Of a stretch of DNA of 32,000 nt, positions 9,248 through 17,239 are shown piece after piece. Numbering within the stretch: position 1 is the stretch's first letter; each line of letters begins with the position of its first letter. This DNA comes from Candidatus Electronema halotolerans (lineage in GTDB: Bacteria > Desulfobacterota > Desulfobulbia > Desulfobulbales > Desulfobulbaceae). The notes under the pieces were generated by a model. The model made no database searches. It saw only the letters and a list, made by a program, of their open reading frames with translations, and was not told where the DNA came from. The stretch lies in NCBI GenBank assembly GCA_942493095.1, contig OW818675.1, positions 2,490,001 to 2,522,000 on the forward strand, in the 5' to 3' direction. A program made the translations under genes and the position numbers.

Positions 9248-10315
9248 TTTTTCAATCACGACCATGCTGAAGACCTCTTTCAGCGTCCAAATATGGTCTG
9301 TCAAGTCCGCCGCCATAGCCGGTGTGCGCGGCAGCCATTTCAGCCCTGAGTTTTCGTCAGCATTCAGCCTCAAAGTTTTCAGCGGTTTGATGAAATTATA
9401 ATACATATCCTCCAGTGCGGCGGCGGCTTTATGCATGTCAATGTTCTTGGAGAAAGCGATGCCTTTCCGAGTCAGGCGGCTGCTGAAAGTCCGCATGGTT
9501 AGATGGCTGCGTTCAATATAGGCCGTGCTTTTTCCAAAGATTTTATCAAGTTCTCTCATGCTCCCATGCACCGCCTTGCGCCGTGTGCCGAGAAAATTCC
9601 CCTTCTCATCCCGCTGCTTGATGATTTGCAAATATTTCCATCCGGGTTGAGGCCGCTTTTTCGAGGGAGGTGAATATTCAGGAACTTTTCCAAAAATTTC
9701 CAGCATCACCTCCCGGATGCCGCCCCAGCCGTCTGAAACTGTCGGCGGCGGGCCGTCGGAATGCCCGCGTTCCTTGAGCTGCCGGAAGACGGCGGCGGAA
9801 GCTTCCGTCTCCGATTTGCCGAATCCCCGCCCGGCACGCAGGCGGCTGTCCATGTCCATCATCGTCGAACGGAAAAACTGGCCGCTCGCCTCAGTTTCCG
9901 CAGTCCTTTTTTTTTCGCCCTTATTCTTCACATAAGACCATAAGCCGTCAAGCTGGCCCCGGCTGATGCGGAATTCGGAAAGAAGAACATTTTCAACAGC
10001 TTCAACATGCTCGGCTGCTTCCGTCAGCCAAGCGGCGACTGTGTCTTCCTTGTGCCCTTTCACCCGGCTCACGCTGCTGATCCGTGATCCTTCCGCAAGC
10101 AGTGCAAGACACTCAACAATTTCAGCATCCTCCGTCCGGCGGCGATAAAATATCGTCCCTCGCGTCGCAGTGAACGTTCTTCCGCAACTCAGGCATTTAA
10201 AACGCTGAACGCCTGCACGAGTGCGGCCATATCTGATAATTCGACCGTCAAGCTGCTCATAATCAGAACAGGCGGGGTTCGGACAAAAACTGCCGACTTT
10301 CGCAAGTTCAGCCAT
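9230..10315 (-). CDS. IS1/IS1595-like transposase with N-terminal zinc-finger region
   Basis: SFCPNPACSDY...RFKCLSCGRTFTATRGTIFY...; SRGQLDGLWSYVKNKG; HGSMRELDKIFGKSTAYIERSHLTMRTFSSRLTRK. Confidence 0.8.
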   Translation of the reverse strand: MAELAKVGSFCPNPACSDYEQLDGRIIRYGRTRAGVQRFKCLSCGRTFTATRGTIFYRRRTEDAEIVECLALLAEGSRISSVSRVKGHKEDTVAAWLTEAAEHVEAVENVLLSEFRISRGQLDGLWSYVKNKGEKKRTAETEASGQFFRSTMMDMDSRLRAGRGFGKSETEASAAVFRQLKERGHSDGPPPTVSDGWGGIREVMLEIFGKVPEYSPPSKKRPQPGWKYLQIIKQRDEKGNFLGTRRKAVHGSMRELDKIFGKSTAYIERSHLTMRTFSSRLTRKGIAFSKNIDMHKAAAALEDMYYNFIKPLKTLRLNADENSGLKWLPRTPAMAADLTDHIWTLKEVFSMVVIEKQHSTG

Positions 10316-11334
10316 CTTTTCCTCCTTCTTTGAAATAGTTGACACACACAGAAGGATAAATGTCAAGACCCGGATGATTGCATTCCGGATTTTTAAACAA
10401 ATCAGGATGTGTTTTTCTCCATTTGTCAAGCGCCTCTGCCGGCGTGACATGGCCGAGGTTTCTTTGAGGAATATTGCAGTTATAGATATTCAGATACTGA
10501 ATCAAAGTCTCTTCAAGCTGCTGGGCGGAGTCAAAACGGGTCTGCTGAACAACTTCTTGAATCCTGCCGTTGAAGCGTTCAACCATGCCGTTTGTCTGCG
10601 GCTTTTTCGGTTTGATCAAGCGATGCTCAATACCGTGCTCCGCGCATTCCTGATCGAAGATATGGTTTCCAGTCGGCTTCCGTTCGCCTGTCGGACAGAA
10701 ACGGTCAGTGAACTCCTTGCCGTTATCAGTGAGAATCTTAGAGATGAGAAAAGGAGCCTTCTTGACGAGATTCTTCAAAAAAGAACGGGCTGCCTCCGCT
10801 GTCTTCGAGTCGTGAATTTCCATATAAACCCATCTGGTCGCCCTGTCAACCGCGACAGACAAATATTTCCTGCTTTCTTCATCCGGCATCTTCGGGAGGT
10901 ATTTGCATGTCGGCATGAATAAAGCCCGGTTTGTAATCCTTGAATGTTTTCGCAGAGTTTTCCTGTTTGTCCTCCTTGGATATCAGGTCTTTCAGGTTTG
11001 AAACCCCGTGCCGTCTAAGGCAGCGGTCAAGGGCGGAACGAGACATCTTAGAAAATAAAAATTTCCGCACAACAACAAGGAGATCGTCTATAGGAAGCAG
11101 CAGCGATGTCCGCAATTCAATCACAATCTCCTCTTGGAAGGCTGTGAGGCTCGTGTTCAAATTATGCGGCGTATGCGAATAATCTTCAACAGTATCGCGA
11201 TGTTTCCATTTGCGGACTGTATCCCTGCTGATGCCGTATTTAGCGGCGAGCTTCCGTTCAGAGAGTGTTGACTGCTGAATTTCACGGCGAATTGCAGGGG
11301 TTGTCCGTGCTCTTTTATGCAGTGTGATGTTCAT
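10308..11334 (-). pseudogene. IS481-family transposase split by a frameshift
   Basis: N-terminal HTH ORF (11334-10879, ...GFIHADMQIPP) and C-terminal rve ORF (10916-10308, ...KYLPKMPDEESRKYLSVAVDR...LTDNGKEF...QTNGMVERFNGR). Dropping one base at about 10905 would restore HADMKYLPKMPDEES. The C-terminal ORF runs past the IS481 terminus into flanking DNA. Confidence 0.88.
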
Positions 11335-11441
11335 GATGACAAACCGGGCTGTTCATGTTCTGACAATATCTCGCTGATCCGCTCCCGCGCTCGGAACAAC
11401 GGCCAGCTCCTTCTCGGTATATTATCATACGGGGCTTGACA
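10361..11441 (-). mobile_element. IS481-family element (1081 bp) inserted upstream of the IS1/IS1595-like transposase ORF
   Basis: IRs TGTCAAGACCCGGATGAT / TGTCAAGCCCCGTATGAT; 6-bp direct repeat GATAAA at 10355-10360 and 11442-11447. Confidence 0.92.
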
Positions 11442-11481
11442 GATAAACAATTATTCAACAACTCTCAAGAGGGAGACCGCC

Positions 11482-11655
11482 TAATTTCATCAAACCGCTG
11501 AAAACTTTGAGGCTGAATGCTGACGAAAACTCAGGGCTGAAATGGCTGCCGCGCACACCGGCTATGGCGGCGGACTTGACAGACCATATTTGGACGCTGA
11601 AAGAGGTCTTCAGCATGGTCGTGATTGAAAAACAACACTCAACAGGGTGACGACC
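11482..11655 (+). pseudogene. 3'-terminal remnant of a second IS1/IS1595-like copy, opposite strand
   Basis: Encodes FIKPLKTLRLNADENSGLKWLPRTPAMAADLTDHIWTLKEVFSMVVIEKQHSTG*, same as the C-terminus of the 9230-10315 product; ends ...GGGTGACGACC. Confidence 0.93.
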
Positions 11656-11787
11656 TCTTTTTGCTTCTTCAAGAATTGGCCGAAATATTTCCCAGTCAAT
11701 AGCCTTGTTGATCTTAACTAAAGGATCACCTGCTTTGTCAATTCGGGAAAGACGAATATAAAAATCAAAAAATCCAAGTTGGTTCAT
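11656..11787 (-). pseudogene. IS5-family transposase N-terminal remnant
   Basis: MNQLGFFDFYIRLSRIDKAGDPLVKINKAIDWEIFRPILEEAKR resembles the N-terminal GDPL...IDWE.FRP region of IS5-family transposases; ends exactly where the IS1/IS1595-like remnant begins. Confidence 0.8.
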
Positions 11788-11918
11788 CTGTGCATCTCCG
11801 GCAGCATGAGTTGAATTGATGCCGAAATTATAACATAATAGACTGAAATTTCAATATTAAAATAAAAAATAACAAAACAAATGCAGCAGAATGGATGTTG
11901 TATTTTTCGAGGAACCCT

Positions 11919-12034
11919 TTACGGAGTAGTTGTCTCAGTAATGCTAACCAATCGGTATCACATAATTTTTGAGACAGCAACACTCAACAGGGGCACCACC
12001 CAATTTTGTCAACCACAGAAAAACTCGGAGAGCC
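11919..12034 (-). repeat. Dispersed repeat R1, copy 3 (reverse orientation)
   Basis: Reverse complement reads GGCTCTCCGAGTTTTTCTGTGGTTGACAAAATTGGGTGGTGCCCCTGTTGAGTGTTGCTGTCTC...ACTGAGACAACTACTCCGTAA, near-identical to 15259-15377. Confidence 0.93.
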
Positions 12035-12174
12035 TTATTTTCTCTTAGTTAGCGACAAAAGCAAAGTTGTGACACTCCCGTAACTGCCTTTTCTTGCAAC
12101 CAAAAAAAGTTGCACTTGGAACTTGAATTCACCAAAAGCACTGGAATTACAACCCCGGAAATTATCGGAGAGCC
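12035..12174. repeat. Dispersed repeat R2, copy 1 (140 bp)
   Basis: TTATTTTCTCTTAGTTAGCGACAAAAGCAAAGTTGTGACACTCCCG...CGGAAATTATCGGAGAGCC, repeated at 17240-17378 with a 1-bp indel (AAAAGCACTGG versus AAAAGCCTGG). Confidence 0.95.
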
Positions 12175-12190
12175 AAAAAATACAGCTTCA

Positions 12191-13492
12191 CTATACGGTA
12201 TCAGCAGTGTCTGGTTAGTTTTTTGCAAGCGAATCTGTGAACAACAGACTGTCCGCTTGACAGCGTGACCGTGAGGTTTCATTATCTTCCTGTAATCAAC
12301 AATAACAGGGAGATGTCCGGTGAAGCCGCTTGTTGTGAAGAAAAAAATCACGTCCCGAACGTATGATGAGTTCTGTCTGCCTCTGCGCGATATTTTGCGC
12401 AGCACTCCTGTGTTGAAGTCACGGGGAGACCGGCCTTTGCAAATGACGTTCGAGCATCAGCTCAATGCCCTGATCTGGTTTCATTTGCAGGAGCATGATT
12501 CGGCGCGGCATCTTGTTTCCGATCTCAACAGGAATGACTTTGCGAAGGAATTCATTGCGCCGGATGGAGGCATCAGCCGGAGCAGTTTTTCAGAAGCTGT
12601 TAATAATCGGGGACTTGAGCAGCTTCAGCATGTTTTCAATGAACTCTCAAAGCAGGCCCGCGCAACGCTTCCGGCTGACTTTCAGGCACTCGGCGAGCTT
12701 GTCGCAATCGACGGCTCGCTGATTGATACGGTTCTTTCCATGCACTGGGCTGATTACAGGAAAAAATCCAAGAAAGCCAAGGGTCATTTCGGGTTCGATA
12801 TCAACCGGGGCATTCCGACCGGATTCCATTTGACTGAAGGCAAGGCGGGAGAGCGTCCTTTTGTCGAGCAAATTCTCGCCGCAGGGCAGACAGGAGTGAT
12901 GGACAGGGGGTATCAATCTCATATTCTGTTCGATTCGCTTCAAAAAGCGGGAAAAAATTTTGTCTGCCGCATCAAAGCCTGCACAATAAAGAGTATTATC
13001 AAAGAAAATTGCGTCAAACCGGGCAGCAATGTCTTTCAAGATTCATCGGCGCATCTCGGCACGGCAAAAAATCGGACCGAGTTGCCGGTTCGGGTCATCG
13101 GGTATCTGGTTGAAGGAGTAAAATATTATGTCGCAACGAACAGGTTTGATCTGACAGCGGAACAGGTTGCGGAAATTTATAAGCTGCGCTGGAATATCGA
13201 AACGTTTTTCAATTGGTGGAAACAGCATCTGCATGTTTATCATCTGATTGCCCGAAGCAGATACGGTCTCACTGTTCAGATGCTCGGCGGATTGATCACA
13301 TACCTGTTAATGGCAATGTATTGCCGGAAAAACTTCAATGAACAAGTTTCTGTTCAAAATATCAGACTGATACGGTCAAATATTCAGAATGAATTAATGG
13401 CGGCTGGACGAAATAACAGCGGAACTTACTCCACGACATCCAGCGTAAAATTTTATGCAAAAACCTAACCGGACACTACTGATACGGTATAG
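12191..13492 (+). mobile_element. IS4-family element B (about 1302 bp)
   Basis: 28-bp IRs with 3 mismatches: CTATACGGTATCAGCAGTGTCTGGTTAG / CTATACCGTATCAGTAGTGTCCGGTTAG; no matching TSD seen. Confidence 0.87.
12320..13468 (+). CDS. IS4-family DDE transposase (distinct from element A)
   Basis: ELVAIDGSLIDTVLSMHWADY, GVMDRGYQS, YKLRWNIETFFNWWKQHL (Y-x2-R-x3-E-x6-K). Confidence 0.93.
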   Translation: MKPLVVKKKITSRTYDEFCLPLRDILRSTPVLKSRGDRPLQMTFEHQLNALIWFHLQEHDSARHLVSDLNRNDFAKEFIAPDGGISRSSFSEAVNNRGLEQLQHVFNELSKQARATLPADFQALGELVAIDGSLIDTVLSMHWADYRKKSKKAKGHFGFDINRGIPTGFHLTEGKAGERPFVEQILAAGQTGVMDRGYQSHILFDSLQKAGKNFVCRIKACTIKSIIKENCVKPGSNVFQDSSAHLGTAKNRTELPVRVIGYLVEGVKYYVATNRFDLTAEQVAEIYKLRWNIETFFNWWKQHLHVYHLIARSRYGLTVQMLGGLITYLLMAMYCRKNFNEQVSVQNIRLIRSNIQNELMAAGRNNSGTYSTTSSVKFYAKT

Positions 13493-13586
13493 CCTATCTT
13501 GTTGTTTATATTATTTATTATTATTTCAGCAAGTTTGCTTTTGTTGTTTTTTATTAGGAATAATAATCATTTGAAGTTTTTTTTTG

Positions 13587-13615
13587 TTGCAAGTTCCAAT
13601 GCTGTTCTGTATTAT
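13587..13615 (+). promoter_or_regulatory. Putative sigma70-type promoter for the vWA gene
   Basis: TTGCAA-17 bp-TATTAT about 40 bp upstream of an AGGAGG RBS and ATG at 13656. Confidence 0.5.
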
Positions 13616-13655
13616 GGATGAAATAATTAACTCTCAAGTCAACTTAGGAGGAGAT

Positions 13656-15206
13656 ATGAAAAAAGTGTACGTGTCATACAGCGTGGTTGCCTGCTTTCTG
13701 TTGGCCCAGCCTGTGTTAGCGCAAGAAAAGCCGACACCGACGCTTGAGCCGACAACCGTGTCCGCAACACTGGCCGCAGGAGAAAGCCTGCCGGAGCACA
13801 AAACGCTTACGCTGCCCGAATCCGTGATGCCGCCCCGCGCTGACATTATTTTTGTTATGGATTTGACAGGAAGCATGTGGGGGGCACTTAATCAGGTTAA
13901 AGCAGGCGCGGTTGATATGATGAACAAAATCGCTGCGGAAATTCCAGATGTGCGGTTCGGTGTCATCAGTCATATGGACTATCCTGGCTCATATTCCGGG
14001 TGCGGTTATAGTTCCCCCTATGGAAGTAGTTCTGATGTTCCTTACCAACTTAACCAAAGTTTGACGACCGATAAACCGGCTGTGCAGGCAGCCATTAACA
14101 GTTTAGCATTAGGCAGCGGGGCTGATGGGCCGGAAGATTATACTCGTGCTCTCTATGAAGCCTACGCAGATGCCAGTATAGGCTGGAGAGACGATGCCAA
14201 AAAAATCGTTGTCTTTTGGAATGATAACATTCCGCATTCATGCGGCTGGCCAGATGCCTGTCCAAGTTTTTCAACAGGACCTGATCCGGGCCGAGACGGC
14301 GTAGCCGGAACAGCAGATGACTTGGAGCTTGATACTGTTCTGAATGGTCTTGCTGATAATAATGTCACTTTGATTACACTGCATAGCGGCAGTTATATCG
14401 ACGCTTGGGAGTGCTACAGTCAGAAAACCGGCGGCGATGCTTTCAAGCTTAATTGGGATGGCACCCCGCCGGAGGGAACAGATGTGCCAACCTATGTCAC
14501 AGGTTTGATCACAGAAGAGGCGAAGCATATAGACAGCATGACCATAAAGACATGCACGGATGGTTTTGAAAGTTGGCTCACGTCAGTTGAACCGCCCGCC
14601 TATAATGATTTGAATCTCGACCATGAGATGCAGTTTGATTATGACATAAACTTCACCGTGCCTGAAGGGACAGAACCGGGAAGATATGTATTCTCAGTCT
14701 GCGCAAATGGAGATGGGGCCAAATATGCAGGCCAAAGCGTGATTATTGAGGTGCCTAAGCCCTTGATTGAGGTGCCTGTTGATATTAATCCTGCTTTGTG
14801 CCCAAATACTGTCAAACTGACTTCCCGTGGCGTTATTTCTGTCGCCATTCTTGGAACGGCTGATTTTGACGTTGCAGATATAGACCCTGCAACTGTATCT
14901 ATATCTGGTGTCAAACCTATTCGTTGGTCAATAAAAGATGTTGCAACTCCTTATTCTCCTTTCACTGGAAAAAGCGACAGGATGGACTGCACCACAGACG
15001 GACCTGACGGATATAATGATTTGACATTGGATTTCAGCACCAAGGACTTGATTCCTGTCTTCGGCAATGTTGCAGACAGGGATGTTGTAACGCTTAAGGT
15101 TGACGGTAAATTGTATGATGCCACAGCCATAGCAGGTGAAGACGTGGTTATTGTGCTCAAGGTTAATGTGCTTGATTATGCGGTTCCTGTGCGCAGAACC
15201 AGATAA
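13656..15206 (+). CDS. Secreted von Willebrand factor A-domain protein with conserved C-terminal beta-domain
   Basis: Signal peptide MKKVYVSYSVVACFLLAQPVLAQ; MIDAS-like FVMDLTGSMWG; C-terminal VDINPALCPNTVKLTSRGVISVAILGTADFDVADIDPATVSISGVKP...DGPDGYNDLTLDF; good RBS. Confidence 0.87.
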   Translation: MKKVYVSYSVVACFLLAQPVLAQEKPTPTLEPTTVSATLAAGESLPEHKTLTLPESVMPPRADIIFVMDLTGSMWGALNQVKAGAVDMMNKIAAEIPDVRFGVISHMDYPGSYSGCGYSSPYGSSSDVPYQLNQSLTTDKPAVQAAINSLALGSGADGPEDYTRALYEAYADASIGWRDDAKKIVVFWNDNIPHSCGWPDACPSFSTGPDPGRDGVAGTADDLELDTVLNGLADNNVTLITLHSGSYIDAWECYSQKTGGDAFKLNWDGTPPEGTDVPTYVTGLITEEAKHIDSMTIKTCTDGFESWLTSVEPPAYNDLNLDHEMQFDYDINFTVPEGTEPGRYVFSVCANGDGAKYAGQSVIIEVPKPLIEVPVDINPALCPNTVKLTSRGVISVAILGTADFDVADIDPATVSISGVKPIRWSIKDVATPYSPFTGKSDRMDCTTDGPDGYNDLTLDFSTKDLIPVFGNVADRDVVTLKVDGKLYDATAIAGEDVVIVLKVNVLDYAVPVRRTR

Positions 15207-15226
15207 GACAACGGGTTGATTCTTCA

Positions 15227-15258
15227 AGAGGGGACGAATGGTTCGTCCCCTCTTTTTT
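15227..15258 (+). terminator. Rho-independent terminator after vWA gene
   Basis: AGAGGGGACGAA-tg-gTTCGTCCCCTCT followed by TTTTT. Confidence 0.93.
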
Positions 15259-15414
15259 GGCTCTCCGAGTTTTTCTGTGGTTGACAAAATCGGGTGGTGC
15301 CCCTGTTGAGTGTTGCTGTCTCGAAAATTATGTGATACCGATTGGTTAGCATTACTGAGACAACTACTCCGTAAAGTGAGTTGTGGATTCAACTCGCAAG
15401 TACAACTTTTTTTG
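15259..15414 (+). repeat. Dispersed repeat R1, copy 4 (interrupted by IS66 copy 1 at its right side)
   Basis: GGCTCTCCGAGTTTTTCTGTGGTTGACAAAATCGGGTGGTGCCCCTG...AACTACTCCGTAAAGTGAGTTGTGGATTCAACTCGCAAGTACAACTTTTTTTG. Confidence 0.93.
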
Positions 15415-15431
15415 GTAACTACTCAGCCTGA

Positions 15432-15469
15432 CAAAAAAGGCCGTTTTCAGAAGTGCTGAAGACGGCCTT
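15432..15469 (-). terminator. Intrinsic terminator of IS66 transposase gene
   Basis: On the minus strand AAGGCCGTCTTCAG-cactt-CTGAAAACGGCCTT TTTT; same hairpin in copy 2 at about 20341-20378. Confidence 0.8.
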
Positions 15470-15478
15470 ACTCGTTTT

Positions 15479-16951
15479 TTATACTGCGGAATCGGGGATA
15501 AAAGGACTTCCAAGGAAAGCATCTTTGATCGCTTCAAAAATGTTTCTTGAATTTTTACGGACCGTGGAGATATATCCCCGGATACAGGCGAATCGTTCTG
15601 CCCCCTCAAGTGTTCGGAAGCAGCCGGAAACCTTCTGCTTGACCTTGATCATCCGCACATCTCTTTCCGCCGCGTTGTTGTCGAACGGAACCCGGAAATC
15701 ATACATGAATGCGAGGGTCTCCGCCCTGTAATCACGCATCCGTGTCAGCAAATTGAGCGGCGGAGTCTTCTTCACCCGTCCTCGTTTTTTCTCCTTAGGC
15801 GGAGTGAACGGATTGTCGGCAAAACCCCGTCGGACGATTTCATCATACCGCCGCTCAAATTCTTCGATCTTCTCCGGCGCGAAGCCGTCCCGATCCGGCT
15901 TCAGCTTTTCAGCCGCGCCTTTTATTTCAAGCAGCAGCTCGGCCATCTCGCCGGCCCAAACTTGTCCGTACTGTTTTTCTATGAACTTGAGTTCCCGGAG
16001 ATGATGCGCATTGCACAGCGCATGACCGCAGTTTTCATAGCTGAAGTACGATTTCCAATGATCATGCGTCGCTGTTCCTGTGAACTTTCCAAGGATTCCC
16101 GCTGCGTCCATCGCCTCTTTTCCCCGTTTTTCATGCACCGAATAATGGGTGAGGCAGTTCGTCGAAGCGACATGCAGCCAGTGCAGCTTCCCTTTCACGC
16201 GGACTCCGCTTTCATCGGCATGTAACACATCGGTATTCATGAGCAGTTTTTCGACTGCTTCCGTTGAAGGACGCACGCATCCGCAAAGCTCTTCCGATGC
16301 CTTCAGCAGCGAACCCTCGGAGACGGAATGCCCGGTCAGGTCTTCGATAATCTGCGCAGCCCGTTCAAGCGGAATATGATGCTGGTTCGCGAAATATGCC
16401 GCCCAAGTTTTCACCCCCGTGCCGTAACGGATGCCCTGTCCGACGTTTTCCGGGAATTTGCCTCTGTTTTCCGTGCCGCAGCCGGGACAGATTTTTATTT
16501 CCGCTCGATGCGAGGTCACTTCAATCCGAATCGCCGGAATATCATAAACCTGCCGTTCCTCCTCTCCGACAGCGACGACATCCGCAAGCGACATTTTGCA
16601 AGCCGCGCATTCCTCGGATTTATACCTCTCCGTAGAATCCGGCGCCGCAGACCGCTCAAGAGTATGCCCTTGATGACCTGGCTGGCCGCCGTTCGGCTTC
16701 CTGCCGGACTCTCTCAGACTTTCCGTTCGCTTCGCTTTACCGTATCCATCGCTCGAAGGCGGTTTCCCGCTGTTCCGACTGTTTTTCGACAGCCGGGCCT
16801 GCAAATCCTTCAATATCTCGGACTGCTTGGCTGACTGAGCGGCGAGGTTTTCAACCTGCGCAGTTATACTGCTAAACAGGGCGACGACTGCTTCTTCGCC
16901 TTCTGCGTATGCAGCACGGACTTCTTTTTCACTAGGAACACTGAAATTCAT
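15479..16951 (-). CDS. IS66-family transposase (TnpC-type)
   Basis: HGQGHT-like PNGGQPGHQGHTLE; CSGCG-like CPGCGTEN; LHADESGVRVKGKLHWLHVASTN; VPFDNNAAERDVRMIKVKQKVSGCFRT. ORF extends to 16987 with a TTG start; ATG (MNFSVPS) at 16951 preferred. Confidence 0.95.
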   Translation of the reverse strand: MNFSVPSEKEVRAAYAEGEEAVVALFSSITAQVENLAAQSAKQSEILKDLQARLSKNSRNSGKPPSSDGYGKAKRTESLRESGRKPNGGQPGHQGHTLERSAAPDSTERYKSEECAACKMSLADVVAVGEEERQVYDIPAIRIEVTSHRAEIKICPGCGTENRGKFPENVGQGIRYGTGVKTWAAYFANQHHIPLERAAQIIEDLTGHSVSEGSLLKASEELCGCVRPSTEAVEKLLMNTDVLHADESGVRVKGKLHWLHVASTNCLTHYSVHEKRGKEAMDAAGILGKFTGTATHDHWKSYFSYENCGHALCNAHHLRELKFIEKQYGQVWAGEMAELLLEIKGAAEKLKPDRDGFAPEKIEEFERRYDEIVRRGFADNPFTPPKEKKRGRVKKTPPLNLLTRMRDYRAETLAFMYDFRVPFDNNAAERDVRMIKVKQKVSGCFRTLEGAERFACIRGYISTVRKNSRNIFEAIKDAFLGSPFIPDSAV

Positions 16952-17173
16952 AACGGCAGCATAATCTTTACCTGTTGATTTTGTCAAGAGGCTTGGCGGA
17001 TGCCTGAGTAGTTACCTGCGCAGTTATACTGCTAAACAGGGCGACGACTGCTTCTTCGCCTTCTGCGTATGCAGCACGGACTTCTTTTTCACTAGGAACA
17101 CTGAAATTCATAACGGCAGCATAATCTTTACCTGTTGATTTTGTCAAGAGGCTTGGCGGATGCCTGAGTAGTT
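16854..17173. repeat. 160-bp tandem duplication of the IS66 transposase-proximal end
   Basis: ACCTGCGCAGTTATACTGCTAAACAGG...GCCTGAGTAGTT present at 16854-17013 and again at 17014-17173. Confidence 0.96.
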
Positions 17174-17239
17174 ACTTTTTTTGGTTATCCAAAAAGCATA
17201 GGTTGGCTGGCACTTTGAATACTTCATGTAAATTTTCGA

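Larger units (their letters stand above)
9225..11481 (-). mobile_element. IS1/IS1595-like element, interrupted by IS481 insertion
   Basis: Imperfect IRs: GGTCGTCACCCTGTTGAGTGTTG (left) versus GGCGGTCTCCCTCTTGAGAGTTG (reverse complement of right end at about 11459-11481); transposase inside; about 1170 bp after removing IS481 and its TSD. Confidence 0.75.
15415..17175 (-). mobile_element. IS66-family element, copy 1 (1761 bp, with 160-bp terminal tandem duplication)
   Basis: Ends GTAACTACTCAG / CTGAGTAGTTAC; flanked by 8-bp TSD TTTTTTTG at 15407-15414 and 17176-17183; an internal pre-duplication end lies at 17015. Confidence 0.95.

Noticed and set aside
10308-10916. Programmed frameshift producing a functional IS481 fusion transposase
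   Set aside because: The required shift is +1 with no evident slippery heptamer or expected structure; a single-base insertion explains it more simply, though not proven.
15407-15414. T-rich 8-bp repeat as a chance match
   Set aside because: Low complexity makes chance matches easier, but its exact 8-bp length and exact placement against both IS66 ends support a real TSD, so the chance explanation was rejected.
12191-17175. Composite transposon carrying the vWA gene
   Set aside because: The bordering elements belong to different families (IS4 and IS66), and no shared outer TSD is visible.
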